From contig JAHFNT010000004.1 in NCBI GenBank assembly GCA_023267195.1, positions 603 to 64,602 of the forward strand: DNA of 64,000 bases, written 5' to 3'. The position numbers were made by a program, and so were the translations under genes. Source of the stretch: Candidatus Nomurabacteria bacterium. GTDB taxonomy: Bacteria > Patescibacteriota > Minisyncoccia > Phycocordibacterales > UBA9973. This document shows positions 9,267 through 18,695 of this stretch, one piece after another. How positions within the stretch are numbered: the stretch's first letter is position 1; each line of letters begins with the position of its first letter. The notes beneath the pieces were generated by a model. It searched no databases. It had not been told where the DNA came from and was given only the letters and a program-made list of their open reading frames with translations.

Positions 9267-9482
9267 CTACCACCTCAGATAGTTGTGTCTCTGCGCCGAT
9301 AGCTCGAAGCGCTTGAGGGCCTCCATATCCTCAAGCGTGAGGATGGCCACCCGAAACCCCCTATAGAACGAAGTCTCGGGCACAACGACCTCCATACTCT
9401 CCTCGTGGCTCGCGCGGAGAGTAGCCAGTCGAGGTATGGGAACAGTTTTGTCGCCCAGGGTCTCTTCCGGATCATTGGACAT
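9267..9482 (-). CDS. small GC-rich hypothetical protein (module A, about 71 aa from the ATG)
   Basis: SD AGGAG then ATG. Strongly GC-biased codons. Sits between promoter A and terminator A. No recognisable domain. Confidence 0.4.
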   Translation of the reverse strand: MSNDPEETLGDKTVPIPRLATLRASHEESMEVVVPETSFYRGFRVAILTLEDMEALKRFELSAQRHNYLRW

Positions 9483-9537
9483 TTTCACTCCTTCTGGGCC
9501 TTGTGGCCCAACTCAACGAACTTTTGAAACTACCGAC

Positions 9538-9566
9538 ATTGTACACCTCTTTGGCTTTTTTGTCAA
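9538..9566 (-). promoter_or_regulatory. near-consensus sigma70 promoter A (TTGACA-17-TACAAT)
   Basis: Minus strand TTGACAaaaaagccaaagaggtgTACAAT, followed by the conserved leader GUAGUUUCAAAAGUUCGUUGAGUUGGGCC-acaa-GGCCC hairpin and the SD. Confidence 0.6.
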
Positions 9567-9582
9567 GTTTGGCGGGTAATAT

Positions 9583-9612
9583 AAAGAAAAAAGGCCGCCG
9601 GTGAAGGCGACC
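9583..9612 (-). terminator. intrinsic terminator after small ORF B
   Basis: Minus strand GGUCGCC-uucacc-GGCGGCC followed by UUUUUUCUUU. Confidence 0.5.
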
Positions 9613-9644
9613 TGTTGCCGAGGACCGACGCGGTCTTTGGCGGA

Positions 9645-9791
9645 TTACTGCCCCCGTCCGAGGGCAGAGAGGAGACGCTCCGGGTAGAACACCCAGGGCA
9701 CTTCCTCGGGGGGCGGGGGCGAAGGAGGAAGGGGGCGGTGCCGGAGTTCCGGCACCCCGTTGTGAATTAGGATGTACCAGTGGACGTACAT
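9645..9791 (-). CDS. small GC-rich hypothetical protein (module B, about 48 aa from the internal ATG)
   Basis: ORF-track ORF 9645..9875 begins inside the -35 box of promoter B. The only start downstream of the predicted TSS is the ATG at 9791, with SD AAGGA 6 nt upstream. The product is Pro-rich. Confidence 0.3.
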   Translation of the reverse strand: MYVHWYILIHNGVPELRHRPLPPSPPPPEEVPWVFYPERLLSALGRGQ

Positions 9792-9846
9792 GCCATATCC
9801 TTTCCGGGCCAATAGGCCCAATTCGACGAACTTTGAAACTAACGGT

Positions 9847-9875
9847 ATTATACACCCTCCTGTATTTTTTGTCAA
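9847..9875 (-). promoter_or_regulatory. near-consensus sigma70 promoter B (TTGACA-17-TATAAT)
   Basis: Minus strand TTGACAaaaaatacaggagggtgTATAAT plus the same conserved leader with hairpin GGGCC-uauu-GGCCC. It is a paralogous copy of module A, about 75-80 percent identical over about 105 nt. Confidence 0.6.
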
Positions 9876-9898
9876 GCCCTTTGTGGGTAAAAGAAAAA

Positions 9899-9926
9899 CC
9901 GGGCTCCGCGATCGCGCGGGGCCCGG
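9899..9926 (-). terminator. intrinsic terminator after ORF C
   Basis: CCGGGCCCCGCG-cgat-CGCGGAGCCCGG hairpin followed on the minus strand by UUUUUCUUUU. Confidence 0.45.
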
Positions 9927-9953
9927 GGCGGGAGACGGACGAATCCGCTTTCC

Positions 9954-10163
9954 CTAGTACGAACGGCGTCCGAGATGGGAGAGATCGGGTACTTCCCCCA
10001 CCCCTTTCCGACGCCTGCGTTCGAACGTCGTCGGATGGAGTGTCGGTTCTGCCGAATCGGAAGAACCGAACCGGGAGAGGTCTGGAAAGCTTTCGTCGAT
10101 GTGTAGATCGTCCGCTAGGGACGATGAACACGATTCGGTCGGGATTTTGTTATCGTCTGGCAA
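9954..10163 (-). CDS. small GC-rich hypothetical protein (module C, TTG start)
   Basis: SD AAAGGAG 9 nt upstream of TTG. Lies directly downstream of tgt. Could be a spurious ORF in high-GC DNA. Confidence 0.25.
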   Translation of the reverse strand: MPDDNKIPTESCSSSLADDLHIDESFPDLSRFGSSDSAEPTLHPTTFERRRRKGVGEVPDLSHLGRRSY

Positions 10164-10212
10164 GATTTGGAACTCCTTTCTTTATTCAGGATAACACGAT
10201 TTAGAAATAAAA

Positions 10213-11430
10213 TCAACTATTTTTTATATATTGATCCAAAAATTCTTTTTTAAACTCAAAAAATTTATCATCCAATATGCTTTGTCTGATTTTTTTCACA
10301 AGGTTCACGATGAAATATAAATTGTGGATTGAAGCGAGAGTCCCCGCGAGCATTTCCTTCCCATGGAAAAGATGCGCGATGTAACTCTTCGTATAATGCT
10401 GACAAGTGTAACAGCCACAATCTTTTTCAATCGGCTCAAAGTCATTTCTAAATTTTGTATTCATAATTATTATTTTCCCAGACTTGGTGTAAATAGTTCC
10501 ATTCCGGCCAAGACGGGTCGGGGCGACACAATCAAAAAGATCCACGCCATTTTCTATCCCCATAAATAAATCTTCTGGTTCCCCTATCCCGAGCAAGTGT
10601 CTAGGCTTTTCTTCAGGCAAAATTTCATTGACCCATTTCACAGCGGTAGACATGTCTTCTTTCGCAAAACTTCCGCCGATACCAAAACCATCAAAGTCTA
10701 GATTTCCGATAAACTTGGCAGATTTTTTTCGCAAATTTTCATCTCGTCCGCCTTGAACAATGCCGAAAAGCGCAGAATCACCGCCTAATTTTCTATGTTC
10801 AATCAAACTCCTCTCCGCCCAGCGGTGCGTTCTTTCCAATGCTTCTTCTTGATACTGCAAATCTTCTGCTGGGCTCGTGCACTCATCAAAAGCAAAAATT
10901 ATATCCGCGCCTAAATTGTGCTGAATCTCAATTGATTTCTCTGGAGTAATGTAATGAATAGAGCCATCAAGATGCGACTTAAAGGAAACTCCATCTTGTC
11001 CTATCTTTGCCAGTCTGGGAGCATCACTATCATCAAAACGTTCTGGTATTAAAAGAGAAGGATCAGTGATTTTTGTAATTTTGGAAATATCTTTTCCGTA
11101 CGCAGCGCCTAAAGAAAAAACTTGAAAACCTCCGGAGTCAGTCATCGTCGGACCTGGCCAATTCATAAATTTCCCAATTCCGCCGGCGTCGCGCACGATC
11201 TCATCGCCCGGTTGTAAATATAAATGATAAGTATTGCCGAGGACTACTTGTGTGCCCGCCTCTCTTACTTGTTCTGGATTTAAAGATTTGACCGTCGCCT
11301 TCGTACCCACGGCGACGAAGGCTGGGGTTAAAATATCTCCATGCGGAGTTTTTAAAACACCCGCCCGCCCTAGACTATTTTTCAGTTTTTTCTCTATTTG
11401 AAAATTCATAAATTCACCCTCTCTGGTCAT
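10213..11430 (-). CDS. tgt: queuine tRNA-ribosyltransferase
   Basis: 405 aa, TIM-barrel Tgt motifs, C-terminal zinc site CGCYTCQH. Confidence 0.9.
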   Translation of the reverse strand: MTREGEFMNFQIEKKLKNSLGRAGVLKTPHGDILTPAFVAVGTKATVKSLNPEQVREAGTQVVLGNTYHLYLQPGDEIVRDAGGIGKFMNWPGPTMTDSGGFQVFSLGAAYGKDISKITKITDPSLLIPERFDDSDAPRLAKIGQDGVSFKSHLDGSIHYITPEKSIEIQHNLGADIIFAFDECTSPAEDLQYQEEALERTHRWAERSLIEHRKLGGDSALFGIVQGGRDENLRKKSAKFIGNLDFDGFGIGGSFAKEDMSTAVKWVNEILPEEKPRHLLGIGEPEDLFMGIENGVDLFDCVAPTRLGRNGTIYTKSGKIIIMNTKFRNDFEPIEKDCGCYTCQHYTKSYIAHLFHGKEMLAGTLASIHNLYFIVNLVKKIRQSILDDKFFEFKKEFLDQYIKNS

Positions 11431-12218
11431 TCGGCCACCTCCACAAATTTTATTTCTTGGATATTTACCGGGCTCACCAAAAGCGCTTTTGTGAAAGGAT
11501 CGCGCGGATCGGAAATGACAGTTTCCACCACTGCCAACAGGTAAGGATGAATCCCGGGCATGATAGCTTGCTCTCCACTTTTTAAAACAAAATCCCTCGG
11601 CATTATTATTTCAAAATTCCCTCCACCTCGTCCGACCAACTCCATAAAAACAGACTTTTCTCCGATAACTGCCTGTGTTCTCTCGCCCGCGGTTGAAAAC
11701 AAAATTACTTTAGAAGAATTGGCATAGGTTTCTGCGATACGGCCAATCGGAATATTTCCGCCCGCAAAAACAGTATTGCCCATTTTTATTCCCTGCGATT
11801 CTCCAGCATCAATAATCAATGTATCATACGGGCTTTGGTTGGGTTTGGACAAAATAGCGGACAAAATCATATTTTTCTTTAAATCTTTTCTGCCTAAAAT
11901 TTCTTTCAGATTTGTATTTTCTGCTAATAAAGAACCATAATTAGCCATCCGCGCCTCCTCTCGCATTATTTGATTTTTTAAAATTTCATTTTCTGAATAG
12001 AGAGAATTTTTAGAGGCAAAATAAGAATTTAAATTTGTAAATTTCTCGCCCACATTGTTCCCGGCGATTAAGACTGGCCGGGAAAGCCCACTCGCCAGAC
12101 TAGAAAGCGCATTTCCGATACCAGATCTAAAATAAATTAAAATAATAAAAACAAGAACAAGAAATGCAATTCTAAAGAGTTTCTTTTTCTTTATTTTTTT
12201 ATCGAGGAGGTAATTCAT
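11427..12218 (-). CDS. mreC: rod shape-determining protein MreC
   Basis: 263 aa. N-terminal TM and coiled coil. Lies immediately downstream of mreB. Confidence 0.7.
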   Translation of the reverse strand: MNYLLDKKIKKKKLFRIAFLVLVFIILIYFRSGIGNALSSLASGLSRPVLIAGNNVGEKFTNLNSYFASKNSLYSENEILKNQIMREEARMANYGSLLAENTNLKEILGRKDLKKNMILSAILSKPNQSPYDTLIIDAGESQGIKMGNTVFAGGNIPIGRIAETYANSSKVILFSTAGERTQAVIGEKSVFMELVGRGGGNFEIIMPRDFVLKSGEQAIMPGIHPYLLAVVETVISDPRDPFTKALLVSPVNIQEIKFVEVAE

Positions 12219-13245
12219 CTTGATTGCCGATCAGAACTTCCTGATAAAATGGCATGTCATCCAAAATCACACCTGTCCCGCGAGCCACCGCCGAAAGCGG
12301 ATCTTCTACCACATAAACAGGAATTTTAAGAACCCGCCCCAAAAGCTGATCAAGACCCGGGATGAGAGCTCCGCCGCCCGAGAGAGTAATCCCTCGATGC
12401 ATAATGTCGGATAAAATTTCTGGCGGAGTCGTTTCCAACATATCTTTTACTCCTTCCACCAGACCTTTGATCGAAGCGGCCATAGCCTCTCGGACATCAG
12501 AATCTGTAACCACCACTTCTCTCGGCAATCCGGTGAGTAAATCCCTTCCGTGAACTTCGGTCTCCATATATTCCCCAGGAAGGACAGAACCAATGGCTAT
12601 CTTGACGGTCTCCGCGGTACGCTCACCGATAAGTATTTTAAATTCATCGCGCATATAAGTGATGATGTCGTTGTTTAATTGATCACCGGCGAGTTTCATA
12701 TTTTTTGATTTCACGATTCCTCCAAGAGAAATGACTGCAATGTCTGTGGTTCCTCCGCCAATATCAATGATCATAGAACCGACTGGGTCTTTGATCGGCA
12801 AGCGTATGCCGATAGCAGCAGCCATAGGCTCTTCTACTAGAAAAACTTCTCTAGCTCCAGCCGAACGAGCTGCGTCATACACTGCTCTCGTCTCGACATT
12901 GGTGGTACCCGATGGTACACCCACTAGCACTCTGGGACGGGCTAATTTGGGAGCTATCTTATCTGCCTTGTTTATTAAGTAAGAAAGCATTTCTTCAGTC
13001 ACTTCAAAATCAGAAATAACTCCATCCACGAGAGGCCGCACAGCTTTGATGTGGCCCGGGGTACGCCCAAGCATTTCCTTAGCTTGCGCTCCTACTGCCA
13101 ACACTTGATTGGTCTTGATGTTTACGGCCACCACTGATGGTTCGTTGATCACGATCCCGTGCCCCTTCAAATATACCAAGGTATTCGAGGTACCTAGATC
13201 TATACCAATGTCGTTAGAAATTAATTTGTAGAATTTTTCGAGCAT
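12199..13245 (-). CDS. mreB: rod shape-determining protein MreB (actin-like)
   Basis: 348 aa. IGIDLGTSNTLVY actin-fold phosphate-1 motif and full MreB-like sequence. Confidence 0.9.
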   Translation of the reverse strand: MLEKFYKLISNDIGIDLGTSNTLVYLKGHGIVINEPSVVAVNIKTNQVLAVGAQAKEMLGRTPGHIKAVRPLVDGVISDFEVTEEMLSYLINKADKIAPKLARPRVLVGVPSGTTNVETRAVYDAARSAGAREVFLVEEPMAAAIGIRLPIKDPVGSMIIDIGGGTTDIAVISLGGIVKSKNMKLAGDQLNNDIITYMRDEFKILIGERTAETVKIAIGSVLPGEYMETEVHGRDLLTGLPREVVVTDSDVREAMAASIKGLVEGVKDMLETTPPEILSDIMHRGITLSGGGALIPGLDQLLGRVLKIPVYVVEDPLSAVARGTGVILDDMPFYQEVLIGNQDELPPR

Positions 13246-13264
13246 ATCAAATAGCTTATAGAAA

Positions 13265-14533
13265 TTAGCTTTTAGCTTTTAGTAAATTCATTAATTCGGT
13301 TTCTGAGACAATTTTTCCTTTTTCTTCGGTGCGTTTCTTTAATTCTATACCGTTTTCTTTTAAGCTACGCGCAGAAACCACGGCTCGGTATGGCATGCCT
13401 AGTAAATCCGCATCAGAAAACTTTTCGCCAGCCGAAACGTCCGAACGATCATCAAATAAAACTTCCACCCCATCCTTTATCATACTTTCGTATATCTTAT
13501 TGGCTTCCCTTAGAACTTCTTCGTCTGCACCAAGCACAAGCAAGTGAACAGAAAATGGCGCGACTGACTCTGGCCAAACCATTCCCTTGTCGTCCGAAAG
13601 TGCTTCCACAATAGTACCCATCAATCTACCGAGCCCAATACCGTAGGAACCCATAAAAACATAGTTTTTTTCTCCATCTTTATCTGCATAAGAGAGCCCC
13701 AGCGCTTCTGGCTTGCTGACACCTAAGGTAAAAATATTCCCTACTTCAATCGCTCTGTGTTCCACCAATTTATCTTTCTCTAAACCCAAACTTGTGAGTA
13801 CTTCTTCCTCTAGCACTTCTTTATTTATTGCCATAGCCTTATCCTCGCTTACATATATAGTATCTTCACCCGCAGAGGTAAGGGTTTGAAATTCGTGAGA
13901 GTATTTTGAAAAGGCGCCACCTGAGGCAAAAGTCAGATAAGTCACATGCCCTATGCCAACCCTTTTAAAAATATCCTGATACGCTACCTTCATCCTCTCG
14001 TAAAAATTATTATGCTCTGCCTCGTTTCTGGAAAAAGAATAAAGCGCCTTCCAGTAAAATTCCCTACCCCTTAAAATTCCTGACTTGCTTCTAGTTTCGT
14101 TTCGTAAAATATCCTTAAAATCATAAAGATAAAGAGGTAAATCTTTATAAGAACTAACATATTGTTTTAAAATATTGGCGAAATTTTCTTCGTTGCTCCA
14201 AGATAAACCAACTTCTCCGCCATTTTTTAATTTAGTTTTAAACCAAATATCTACCTCATCATCACTCCATCGATTAGTTTTTTCCCAAATCTCTTTATCT
14301 TGAAGTATGGATGTTTTCATTTCTATGCCACCCACCCTATTCATTTCATCTCTAATTATTCCCTCTATCTTCTTTAAGACTCGCAAACCCAAAGGTAAAT
14401 AACTATAAACCCCAGCCATCTCTTTATGGATAAAACCGCCACGAATCAAAAGTTCTGCGTTTTTGGAAGTTTCATCGGCTGGAACTTCTTTTCTTGTTTT
14501 AGTAAAAAGTTTAGATTGTCTCATAGAAGTCAT
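13265..14533 (-). CDS. proS: prolyl-tRNA synthetase (short bacterial form without editing domain)
   Basis: Class II core plus C-terminal anticodon-binding domain. N-terminus MTSMRQSKLFTKTRKEVPADE... resembles ProRS. Start chosen at the internal Met; ORF-track start is 14587. Confidence 0.75.
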   Translation of the reverse strand: MTSMRQSKLFTKTRKEVPADETSKNAELLIRGGFIHKEMAGVYSYLPLGLRVLKKIEGIIRDEMNRVGGIEMKTSILQDKEIWEKTNRWSDDEVDIWFKTKLKNGGEVGLSWSNEENFANILKQYVSSYKDLPLYLYDFKDILRNETRSKSGILRGREFYWKALYSFSRNEAEHNNFYERMKVAYQDIFKRVGIGHVTYLTFASGGAFSKYSHEFQTLTSAGEDTIYVSEDKAMAINKEVLEEEVLTSLGLEKDKLVEHRAIEVGNIFTLGVSKPEALGLSYADKDGEKNYVFMGSYGIGLGRLMGTIVEALSDDKGMVWPESVAPFSVHLLVLGADEEVLREANKIYESMIKDGVEVLFDDRSDVSAGEKFSDADLLGMPYRAVVSARSLKENGIELKKRTEEKGKIVSETELMNLLKAKS

Positions 14534-14603
14534 CTTACCCGAAAAAAGTCTTTTGGTCAAAGAAGAAAAATTTATAAGCCAACACAAAAAGACTTAAATT
14601 TAT

Positions 14604-15359
14604 TTGCAAAAGGTAAAGTTTTCTGCTATTATCGATGGTATGCAAAAAGAAAAAAACGCAGCAGATGACACGATTATAGAGAAAATGTTCAAGGCTGGAG
14701 CGCATTTTGGCTACAGCAAGACCAGGAGGCATCCTTCCGTTTCTTCTTATATTTATGCCACCAAAAATAAGGGAGACATTATAAACCTTGAAAAGACAAA
14801 TGCCCTTCTAGAAAAGGCATCAGAATTTGTGAAAACACTAGGAGCCCAAGGAAAAACCGTCTTATTTGTGGGCACAAAACCCGAAGCAAAAGTAGCTGTT
14901 AAAGATGTCGCGGAGTCGCTTAATATGCCCTACGTTACAGAGAGATGGATAGGCGGAATACTTTCCAATTTTACCGAAATAAAAAAGAGAATATTTGAAC
15001 TTGAGAATTATCACAAAGAAAGCAGTACCGGCGGACTAGAAAAATACACAAAAAAAGAACGCGTAGTCATGGCTAAGAAAATGGAAAAGCTGGCTCGATA
15101 TTACACTGGTTTGCTTGGCTTAAAAAAGGCTCCGGATGCATTGTTTATAGTAGACGCGAGAAGTGAACACATCGCAGCAACGGAAGCGAGAAAGTCAGAT
15201 ATTCCCGTAGTTGCTCTAGTCAATTCAGATTCCAACATCAAAGGCATTGACTACCCTATCGTGGCAAACGATTCCGGCATACCATCAATAAAATTCTTTG
15301 CTTCCGCTATTTTGAGCGCTTACAAAGACGGCCAAATGTCTGTAGCAGAAAAGAAATAA
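14604..15359 (+). CDS. rpsB: 30S ribosomal protein S2
   Basis: KAGAHFGYSKTRRHP...INLEKT S2 signature. An alternative start is the ATG at 14634. Confidence 0.9.
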   Translation: MQKVKFSAIIDGMQKEKNAADDTIIEKMFKAGAHFGYSKTRRHPSVSSYIYATKNKGDIINLEKTNALLEKASEFVKTLGAQGKTVLFVGTKPEAKVAVKDVAESLNMPYVTERWIGGILSNFTEIKKRIFELENYHKESSTGGLEKYTKKERVVMAKKMEKLARYYTGLLGLKKAPDALFIVDARSEHIAATEARKSDIPVVALVNSDSNIKGIDYPIVANDSGIPSIKFFASAILSAYKDGQMSVAEKK

Positions 15360-15363
15360 TAAT

Positions 15364-16143
15364 ATGTCTGTTCAAATCACCACCGAATTAGTAAAAGAGT
15401 TAAGAGATAGTACCGGCATCTCGGTAATGCAGTGCAGGCGCGCCCTTGAAGAAGCCGAGGGCAATATGGAAAAAGCGCTTGCGATATTAAAAAAAACCAG
15501 CTCGGATATTGCGCTTAAAAAAGTAAATCGCGAGGTTAAGGATGGCAGGGTCGCAATTAAAACATCAAGCAACAAAGCTGTTCTGGTCTCTCTCCTTTGT
15601 GAAACTGATTTTGTTGCCCGCAATGAAGACTTCACCACCCTTCTTGAAAAGTTAACTGAAAAAGCATTAAGCGAAGGTATTGAAAAGATGAAAGCTGGCG
15701 CAAAGGAAATGATAGATGGAGTAATTCAGAAAACTGGAGAAAATATACAGCTGGGTATATCTTATGAAGTAAACGGGAACACCCTGGGAAATTATGTGCA
15801 CAATAATAAAATAGGAGTTATCGTCTCCCTAGAAGGAGGCAATAGTGAACTCGCAAAAGATGTAGCCATGCACATAGCGGCCATGAAACCGGAATATATT
15901 TCGCCAGAAGAAATTAGCGGAGAAGCGAAGAAAACAATTACTGAGGTCTTCGAAAAGGAGATTGCAAGTATCGACAAACCGACAGAAATCAAGAAAAAAA
16001 TGCTAGAGGGCAAACTAGCGACGTATTTTAAAGAGAAAACTTTGCTTGATCAGGCATTCATAAAAGACGGAGAAACAACAGTTGGCCAGCTACTTCTCAA
16101 GAACAAAGCGAAAATAAAAGAGGTGAAAAGTTATTCAGTATAA
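15364..16143 (+). CDS. tsf: elongation factor Ts (short form)
   Basis: N-terminal UBA-like ITTELVKELRDSTGISVMQCRRALEEAEGNMEKALAILKK. Confidence 0.9.
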   Translation: MSVQITTELVKELRDSTGISVMQCRRALEEAEGNMEKALAILKKTSSDIALKKVNREVKDGRVAIKTSSNKAVLVSLLCETDFVARNEDFTTLLEKLTEKALSEGIEKMKAGAKEMIDGVIQKTGENIQLGISYEVNGNTLGNYVHNNKIGVIVSLEGGNSELAKDVAMHIAAMKPEYISPEEISGEAKKTITEVFEKEIASIDKPTEIKKKMLEGKLATYFKEKTLLDQAFIKDGETTVGQLLLKNKAKIKEVKSYSV

Positions 16144-16147
16144 AAAA

Positions 16148-16558
16148 ATGTATTTTCTTTTAACTTTATTTTTTGTGTCTCTCTTCTCTATCACCTTCAT
16201 GATAGCCAGAAAGCTTGTCTTGATACAGAGTGGGCAATTGCTTCACCTTCATAAAGCGGAGGTGAGACTAGAAAGTTCACACATTGAAGAGTGGAGGAAC
16301 GTCGCTGTAAAAAATATAAAAAGATATGGTTACATAGTACTTGTAGCAATAATTAGAGCGTATGTACAACTTTCTAATTTCTTGAAAGATATTTACCAAG
16401 AATTAAAAAATAAAATAAAGAATATCATACGTGACAATGAAAATGGTTCTGAGGGGGTACGCGAAGTTAATGGATTCCTAAAAATGATTTCAGAGTATAA
16501 ATATAAAATCAGAGCGATAAAACAGAAAGTGCGAGAAGAAGAAAATTTGCCGGAATAA
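16148..16558 (+). CDS. hypothetical membrane-anchored coiled-coil protein
   Basis: 136 aa, N-terminal TM. Confidence 0.45.
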   Translation: MYFLLTLFFVSLFSITFMIARKLVLIQSGQLLHLHKAEVRLESSHIEEWRNVAVKNIKRYGYIVLVAIIRAYVQLSNFLKDIYQELKNKIKNIIRDNENGSEGVREVNGFLKMISEYKYKIRAIKQKVREEENLPE

Positions 16559-16572
16559 CACGCTAAATATTC

Positions 16573-16648
16573 GCCGCCTTAGCTCAGTTGGTAGAGCAAC
16601 GCTTTTGTAAAGCGAAGGTCCTCGGTTCGAGTCCGAGAGGCGGCTCCA
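16573..16648 (+). tRNA. tRNA-Thr (TGT)
   Basis: Acceptor gccgcct/aggcggc, anticodon loop ttTGTaa, T-arm ggttcgagtcc, discriminator U, CCA encoded. Confidence 0.85.
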
Positions 16649-16665
16649 GTTTCGAACAAAAAGAG

Positions 16666-17349
16666 TTATTTCTTATTAGCCTCAGAAGGTTTAGCTTCTT
16701 GGAGTTTAAATGATTCTTTAATTCGAGCTTCTAGGTCTTCCAAACTATGGAACCCAGAGAGAACTTCGTCGTCAATAACCAAGGCTGGCAAAACCGTGTC
16801 TTTTATTTTATATATTTGAAGCATAGAAGTGACCGCTGAAAGATCAGTGCTGTAATCAAAAGAATAAACTCGAAGCTCTGGGTATTTGCTACGCAAAGTT
16901 GAAAGTATTAGACTCTCATCCTCACACAGAGTGCAATTCTCGGCTGTTGTATAAAAATAAAGAATAAATGCTGATTTTGTACCGCAACGAGCCGATATTT
17001 TTTTGGTTAACAAATAATCTTTAATCTGGAGCAGTGAATAATATTTCTTTAGATAAGAAACCTCTTCTGTTGCACCTAAATTCTCCTGACTCCATTCCAG
17101 TTTATTGCCAAGTTCCCCAAGCTCACTTGAAAACACAGAATCAGAAATATTCTTGCAAGAAAGCTCAGACAGCAAAGAGAATTGAGTTTCTGAAGAAAGA
17201 ATATCAATAGCTATTTTGTCTTGGATAGTTTTCAGTTGATCTATTTTTTTATCGCCAAAATAATTGCTTAAATATACAGCAGTAAGAAAAAGTCCGGTAG
17301 TAATCAAAAACACAATTAAATATTTTTTCCAATCAAGATTGTTGTTCAT
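16666..17349 (-). CDS. membrane-anchored thioredoxin/glutaredoxin-like protein (CxxC)
   Basis: N-terminal TM. CTLCE motif. Thioredoxin-like C-terminal region. Confidence 0.45.
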   Translation of the reverse strand: MNNNLDWKKYLIVFLITTGLFLTAVYLSNYFGDKKIDQLKTIQDKIAIDILSSETQFSLLSELSCKNISDSVFSSELGELGNKLEWSQENLGATEEVSYLKKYYSLLQIKDYLLTKKISARCGTKSAFILYFYTTAENCTLCEDESLILSTLRSKYPELRVYSFDYSTDLSAVTSMLQIYKIKDTVLPALVIDDEVLSGFHSLEDLEARIKESFKLQEAKPSEANKK

Positions 17350-17355
17350 ATATTG

Positions 17356-18600
17356 TTATCTCCAGGCGGGTTTCCTCCGCACAATTGTATTGTAAATAGC
17401 CTTAAGAAGCCAAAATGGGGCGAGGAGACTGAAAACGGGAAAGAAATAAAGTATATTAAGAGAAAATATATTTTTTTCCTTAGTCATTTTTCGTCCGAAA
17501 ATTATAGCGAAAATTATTAAAAGATATATTAAAACGATAAGGAAAATGAAGGAGCGAGTATTGATAAAAAATGGATCCAATATCAATTTTTCTGTTTGGA
17601 AATCAAGACCAATAAGCTGAAATTCCATAATTTTTGAATACAAGAAGTCACCCAGGTTGTAAACTATTCGTCCAAACAAATAACCCACCGACAATATAGA
17701 AATAATTCCCATCGGCAAAGTAAATAGGGCAAAATTTCCATATTTTTTCCTAAAAACTACATCTCGATAATCAATAGTGTTGTTTATAAAGCCGTAAACC
17801 CAACGCAGTCTTTGTTTGTAAAGTTTTCTGGTTGTTGCTGGGGTATTGGTATACACATATGCATCATTGCAGTGCTCTATTTTATAGTTATTTTTCTGCA
17901 TTCTATATGCAATTTCCATATCCTCCGTATTGTGCCCATGACGATAGGGTCCTAAATCATCAAATACTTTTCTCCGGAAGATTGTTAGTGGACCAGGCGT
18001 GACGTTTATCGCACCCAAAAATCCAAGCATTTTCTTAAAGTAAACACCCATGCTATACTCGGCCTTTTGGGCATTTTGAATTATATTTTTAGGATTATTC
18101 ACTGTTACCGATGGGGCAACAGCCATCGTCAGAGAATCCTTTTCAAAATAACTCATAATCCGAACAAGTGATTCTGAATCTACAAAAGAGTCGGCATCCA
18201 AGCATCCAAAGAAATCTGTTTTTAGATTTTCCAGCGCCAAATTGAGCGCAGTAAATTTTCCCCCATTTTCTTTATGGAAAATATTTATATTGGAGTGACT
18301 AGCAAACTTGCTGATAATTTTCCAGGTGTTATCTGTAGATCCATCATCAATAAGAAAAATCTTAAGCTTATCTTTGGGGTAATTTAGGCGCAGCAGTGAC
18401 CACACTGTTTTCTCGATTGTATTTTCTTCGTTGAAGCTTGGTACGGCTATGGTAACTTCTGGGTATGAAGCAAGTTTCACTTTCTCATTTCTGGTAATTA
18501 TTTTTTTTCTATTTTCCAAAAAAGTCACGAAAAAAAACACCTGGACGTAAACAGACAAAAAGACAAGAATATAAAATATAACATCTGGAATTGAAGGCAT
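17356..18600 (-). CDS. processive family-2 glycosyltransferase (membrane, QxxRW motif)
   Basis: GT2 domain with DDGSTD (DxD) and QRLRW. TM segments at both ends. Confidence 0.75.
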   Translation of the reverse strand: MPSIPDVIFYILVFLSVYVQVFFFVTFLENRKKIITRNEKVKLASYPEVTIAVPSFNEENTIEKTVWSLLRLNYPKDKLKIFLIDDGSTDNTWKIISKFASHSNINIFHKENGGKFTALNLALENLKTDFFGCLDADSFVDSESLVRIMSYFEKDSLTMAVAPSVTVNNPKNIIQNAQKAEYSMGVYFKKMLGFLGAINVTPGPLTIFRRKVFDDLGPYRHGHNTEDMEIAYRMQKNNYKIEHCNDAYVYTNTPATTRKLYKQRLRWVYGFINNTIDYRDVVFRKKYGNFALFTLPMGIISILSVGYLFGRIVYNLGDFLYSKIMEFQLIGLDFQTEKLILDPFFINTRSFIFLIVLIYLLIIFAIIFGRKMTKEKNIFSLNILYFFPVFSLLAPFWLLKAIYNTIVRRKPAWR

Positions 18601-18635
18601 AAGCTTGGATATAATATAACATTTTTGAACCCAAA

Positions 18636-18674
18636 AGCAAACCCTGCTTCGGTTTTATCGAAGCAGGGTTTGCT
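18636..18674. terminator. perfect 16 bp inverted repeat hairpin (terminator-like)
   Basis: AGCAAACCCTGCTTCG-gttttat-CGAAGCAGGGTTTGCT downstream of ORF 18696..18989. Confidence 0.55.
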
Positions 18675-18695
18675 TAAAAACACTTAATAAATATA

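Noticed and set aside
9472-10131. 219-aa Arg/Pro/Ser-rich minus-strand ORF, plus plus-strand ORFs 9772..9957 and 9833..10204, spanning the GC islet
   Set aside because: Composition typical of spurious ORFs in high-GC DNA. They cut across two promoters and two terminators that define smaller units.
9180-10205. tmRNA, SRP RNA or 6S RNA identity for the GC islets (also tested for 46985-47365)
   Set aside because: No GGGG...UUCGACG 5' tRNA-like end, no T-arm plus CUCCACCA 3' end, and no SRP domain IV GGAAGGAAGCAGC motif could be found on either strand.
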